Below are positions 60,285 through 64,000 of a stretch of 64,000 nt of DNA, piece after piece. The stretch is taken from positions 20,026,001 through 20,090,000 of the forward strand of contig NC_091285.1 of the NCBI RefSeq assembly GCF_032444005.1. The letters are read 5' to 3'. Position numbers and translations under genes: made by a program. This DNA comes from Ranitomeya imitator. Taxonomy: Eukaryota. The notes beneath the pieces are model-generated. The model was not told the DNA's origin. It did not search any database and saw only the letters and a list, made by a program, of their open reading frames with translations. Each line of letters begins with the position of its first letter. Positions within the stretch are counted from its first letter, which is position 1.

Positions 60285-60966
60285 AGGTACCTTCACACTG
60301 AGCAACTTTAGAACGATAACGATAGCGATCCGTGACGTTGCAGCGTCTTGGATAGCGATATCGTTGTGTTTGACACGCAGCAGCGATCAGGATCCTGCTG
60401 TGACATCGCTGGTCGGAGCTGAAAGTCTGGAACTTTATTTCGTCGCTGGATCACCTGCTGACATCGCTGAATCGGCGTGTGTGACGCCGATCCAGCGATG
60501 TGTTCACTTGTAACCAGGGTAAACATCGGGTTACTAAGCGCAGTGCAGCGCTTAGTAACCCGATGTTTACCCTGGTTAGCATTGTAAATGTAAAAAAAAA
60601 AAACACTACATACTTACATTCCGGTGTCTGTCGCGTCCCCTGGCATCAGCTTCCCTGCACTGTGTCAGCGCCGGCCGGCCGTAAAGCAGAGCACAGCGGT
60701 GACGCCGGGGGACGCGACAGACACCGGAATGTAAGTATGTAGTGTTTTTTTTTAAATTTACAATGGTAACCAGGGTAAACATTGGGTTACCAAGTGCGGC
60801 CCTGGCGATGTTTACCCTGGTTACCCGGGGACTTCGGCATCGTTGGTCGCTGGAGAGCTGTCTGTGTGACAGCTCTCGAGCGACCACACAACGACTAAAC
60901 AGCGACGCTGCAGCGATCGGCATTGTTGTCTATATCGCTGCAGCGTCGCTTAATGTGACGGTACCT
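60285..60966. mobile_element. PIF/Harbinger-type MITE (682 bp), same family as 2206..2877
   Basis: TAA|AGGTACCTTCACACTG ... GTGACGGTACCT|TAA; long shared internal sequence with 2206..2877. Confidence 0.9.
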
Positions 60967-61719
60967 TAAGCCCTTTATAGACTGCCCTTGGAGATCTACA
61001 CAGGTACTTTTTAAAGCCTGCTCTTTACCATTTTGTGCGCAAATTTATCATACATGCAGGGTTGGTGTCACCACCTGGGCAAGTGTCGGGGCCATGAGCA
61101 AGTGGTCAGGGACACTGGCACACTATCGACCTCATGAGTCAGGGGGGGATGGGAGGGGGCAGTGCCAGCCCAGGCGTTGGCATCAGGCCGTCATTTTGCT
61201 TTAAACTGTCTGAAATAGTTACCTCTCCATTTCTCCGGTCTTTTCCGTATTTTCTGACGTCTCAGGGCAGTGGGCGCGCTGATGTCACTACAGTGCGCCC
61301 TCTGCTAAGCAGTGCAGAGTCAGAAGATGCTGAGGAGACTGGAGCAGCAGCCAGCGGGGAACGAGGAGGCAAGTATTTGATTATTTATGTATGGAGCATT
61401 ATATGGGGCTCATTCTGTATGAAGTATTACATGCGGCCCATTATTCTATATGGAGTATTATATGAGCCCCATTCTGTATGGAGCATTACATGGGCCCCAT
61501 TCTGTATGGAGGATTATATGAGGCCCATTCTGTATGGAGCATTATATGTGGCCCATTATTCACACACTCCCCACAGTCACCATCACACCGTGACTATGAG
61601 AAGCTGCAGACATCACATGTGGGGTATAATACTATCACTATATGAGATGTCAGCTATGTCTGCAGTGTGAATACGGGGCAATGTGTGAGGCAGTTACATG
61701 AGGAAAGATAACAGAGGAA

Positions 61720-63090
61720 AACAATGAAGTAAAATTTCCCTCTGTATGTGATGTAGATGACACTACACTAGTACATGGGCTAAGATAATGGAGGAACACA
61801 ATGTCTGAGGTAAAAATTCCCACTGTACATGATGTAGATGACAGTACACTAGTACATGAGGTAGATAATGGAGGAGCACAATGTCTGAGGTAAAACTTTC
61901 CTCTGTATGTGATGTAGATGACACTACACTAGTACATGAGGTAGATAATGGAGGAACACAATGTCTGAGGTAAAACTTCCCTCTGTATGTGATGTAGATG
62001 ACACTACACTAGTACATGAGGTAGATAATGGAGGAGCACAAAGTCTGAGGTAAAACTTCCCTCTGTGTGTGATGTAGATGACACTACACTAGTACATGAG
62101 GTAGATAATGGAGGAGCACAAAGTCTGAGGTAAAACTTCCCTCTGTATGTGATGTAGATGACACTACACTAGTACATGAGGTAGATAATGGAGGAACACA
62201 ATATCTGAGGTAAAACTTCCCTTTGTATGTGATGTAGATGACACTACACTAGTACATGAGGTAGATAATGGAGGAGCACAATGTCTGAGGTAAAACTTCC
62301 CTCTGTGTGATGTAGATGACAGTACACTAGTACATGAGGTAGATAATGGTGGAGCACAAAGTCTGAGGTAAAACTTCCCTCTGTGTGTGATGTAGATGAC
62401 ACTACACTAGTACATGAGGTAGATAATGGAGGAGCACAATGTCTGAGGTAAAACTTCCCTCTGTATGTGATGTAGATGACACTACACTAGTACATGAGGT
62501 AGATAATGGAGGAGCACAAAGTCTGAGGTAAAACTTCCCTCTGTGTGTGATGTAGATGACACTACACTAGTACATGAGGTAGATAATGGAGGAGCACAAA
62601 GTCTGAGGTAAAACTTCCCTCTGTATGTGATGTAGATGACAGTACACTAGTACATGAGGTAGATAATGGAGGAACACAATGTCTGAGGTAAAACTTCCCT
62701 CTGTATGTGATGTAGATGACAGTACACTAGTACATGAGGTAGATAATGGAGGAACACAATGTCTGAGGTAAAACTTCCCTCTGTATGTGATGTAGATGAC
62801 ATTACACTAGTACATGAAGTAGATAATGGAGGAGCACAATGTCTGAGGTAAAACTTCCCTCTGTATGTGATGTAGATGACAGTACACTAGCACATGAGGT
62901 AGATAATGGAGGAACACAATGTCTAAGGTAAAACTTCCCTTTGTATGTGATGTAGATGACACTACACTAGTACATGAGGTAGATAATGGAGGAGCACAAT
63001 GTCTGAGGTAAAACTTCCCTCTGTATGTGATGTAGATGACATTACACTAGTACATGAGGTAGATAATGGAGGAGCACAATGTCTGAGGTA
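61720..63090. repeat. 80-bp tandem repeat, ~17 copies
   Basis: ATGTCTGAGGTAAAACTTCCCTCTGTATGTGATGTAGATGACACTACACTAGTACATGAGGTAGATAATGGAGGAGCACA, e.g. at 61801, 61881, 61961. Confidence 0.96.
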
Positions 63091-63232
63091 ATAGAGTATA
63101 TCGTGGCACAGCTGTGTCGGTGCTCAAGAGAGGTTTCCCACACCAGTAATCAAATAGTAAGTAAATGACTTGGCACTCAACCAAGTGGATAGTGATAATA
63201 AAGAAAATATTTTTATTACTTGAGTAGCAGTC

Positions 63233-63284
63233 CAGCAAAATAAACGTTTCGGTCAAATAATCAGACCTTCTTCAGTAAGGCTGC
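63233..63284 (-). ncRNA. Minimal hammerhead-ribozyme-like motif (Penelope-like element terminal repeat)
   Basis: Minus strand: CTGAAGA-A-GGTC-TGATTATTT-GACC-GAAA-CGTT: intact CUGANGA and GAAA core, 4-bp stem II, palindromic stem III; stem I pairing is weak. Confidence 0.5.
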
Positions 63285-64000
63285 ATAAATAACATAACAT
63301 GACAATTACAATGTCGAAAAGATATTAACAAAAAATTAGCAAAAATTAAATCTCACAATATGGATATGTGATGGGTGGGAAGGAAGGGAAGAGAGGTGGG
63401 AAAAAGGTACATTTTTACATACCCGACTGCTGATGTGTGGATGCTTAAGGCACTGATATATGTAAAGAGGCTCCTTATGTTGGAAGCTATTTGGAACCTC
63501 AAAGGAAGAGCCAATGTCCTAAAATAGCGAGAAGGATATAAGAAAAGGATGTGCCATATATATGGGAGAAGGAATATATTTATATACTAACCGAATAGAT
63601 GAAAATAGAGGTATATATACCATCCACACTAGATATGTAGAAAAATTAACTGAAAAATATGCAAAGGAATGTAGATAATGAGATCCTGGTACTAGACCCT
63701 TGAAAAAAGAAAAAGAAAAAGAAAATGGTCTCTCACCTATAATGTATAAAGGAAAGAAACACTAGGGTAGTTCTGGTATATGTAGAGATAGGATGTAATC
63801 CAATCAATAGACTATAAAAAGAAGAGGAGAAAATAATTCTAAAGCGGTCATAGCAATGGGGAATTCTATAAAACATAGTGATTCTAACCTTGGAGTAAAG
63901 TGGTCTAAGCCACAGTATAGAATAGGAGCAGCGATGACCTGAGTAGTGAAAATAATATAAGTAAAAATATAATAGACAGGTGAGAGATCTAATCAGAGGA

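Overview
Eukaryotic (vertebrate) genomic DNA, most likely a frog, inferred from the repeat families and the intronless TRIM25/39-like gene. Three protein-coding genes can be reconstructed by hand. (1) An 18-coding-exon minus-strand gene (36567->17394, 721 aa) encodes a fused pseudouridine-5'-phosphate glycosidase (PsuG) plus PfkB-family pseudouridine kinase (PsuK); its last 16 codons and stop lie in the first unit of a 4.2-kb, 74-bp satellite. (2) A 3-coding-exon minus-strand gene that I do not recognise (11788->4913, or ->4873 with an alternative acceptor) encodes a secreted prepro-protein: signal peptide, RRKR furin site and a six-cysteine domain. The ORF track does not reveal its spliced form. 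It is the best candidate for an undescribed system. (3) A single-coding-exon RING/B-box/coiled-coil/PRY-SPRY TRIM gene (56435..58033, +) has a His->Tyr change at a RING zinc ligand. The rest is repeat-dense: about 12 minisatellite arrays, PIF/Harbinger MITEs with TAA/TTA target duplications (one carrying telomere-type repeats), TTAA-flanked MITEs, hAT elements, a Helitron-like element, decayed Tc1 and L2 copies, an LTR-like element, and Penelope-type hammerhead-ribozyme-like motifs. Most long ORFs in the track are artefacts of tandem repeats. All coordinates were counted by eye; repeat boundaries are approximate.
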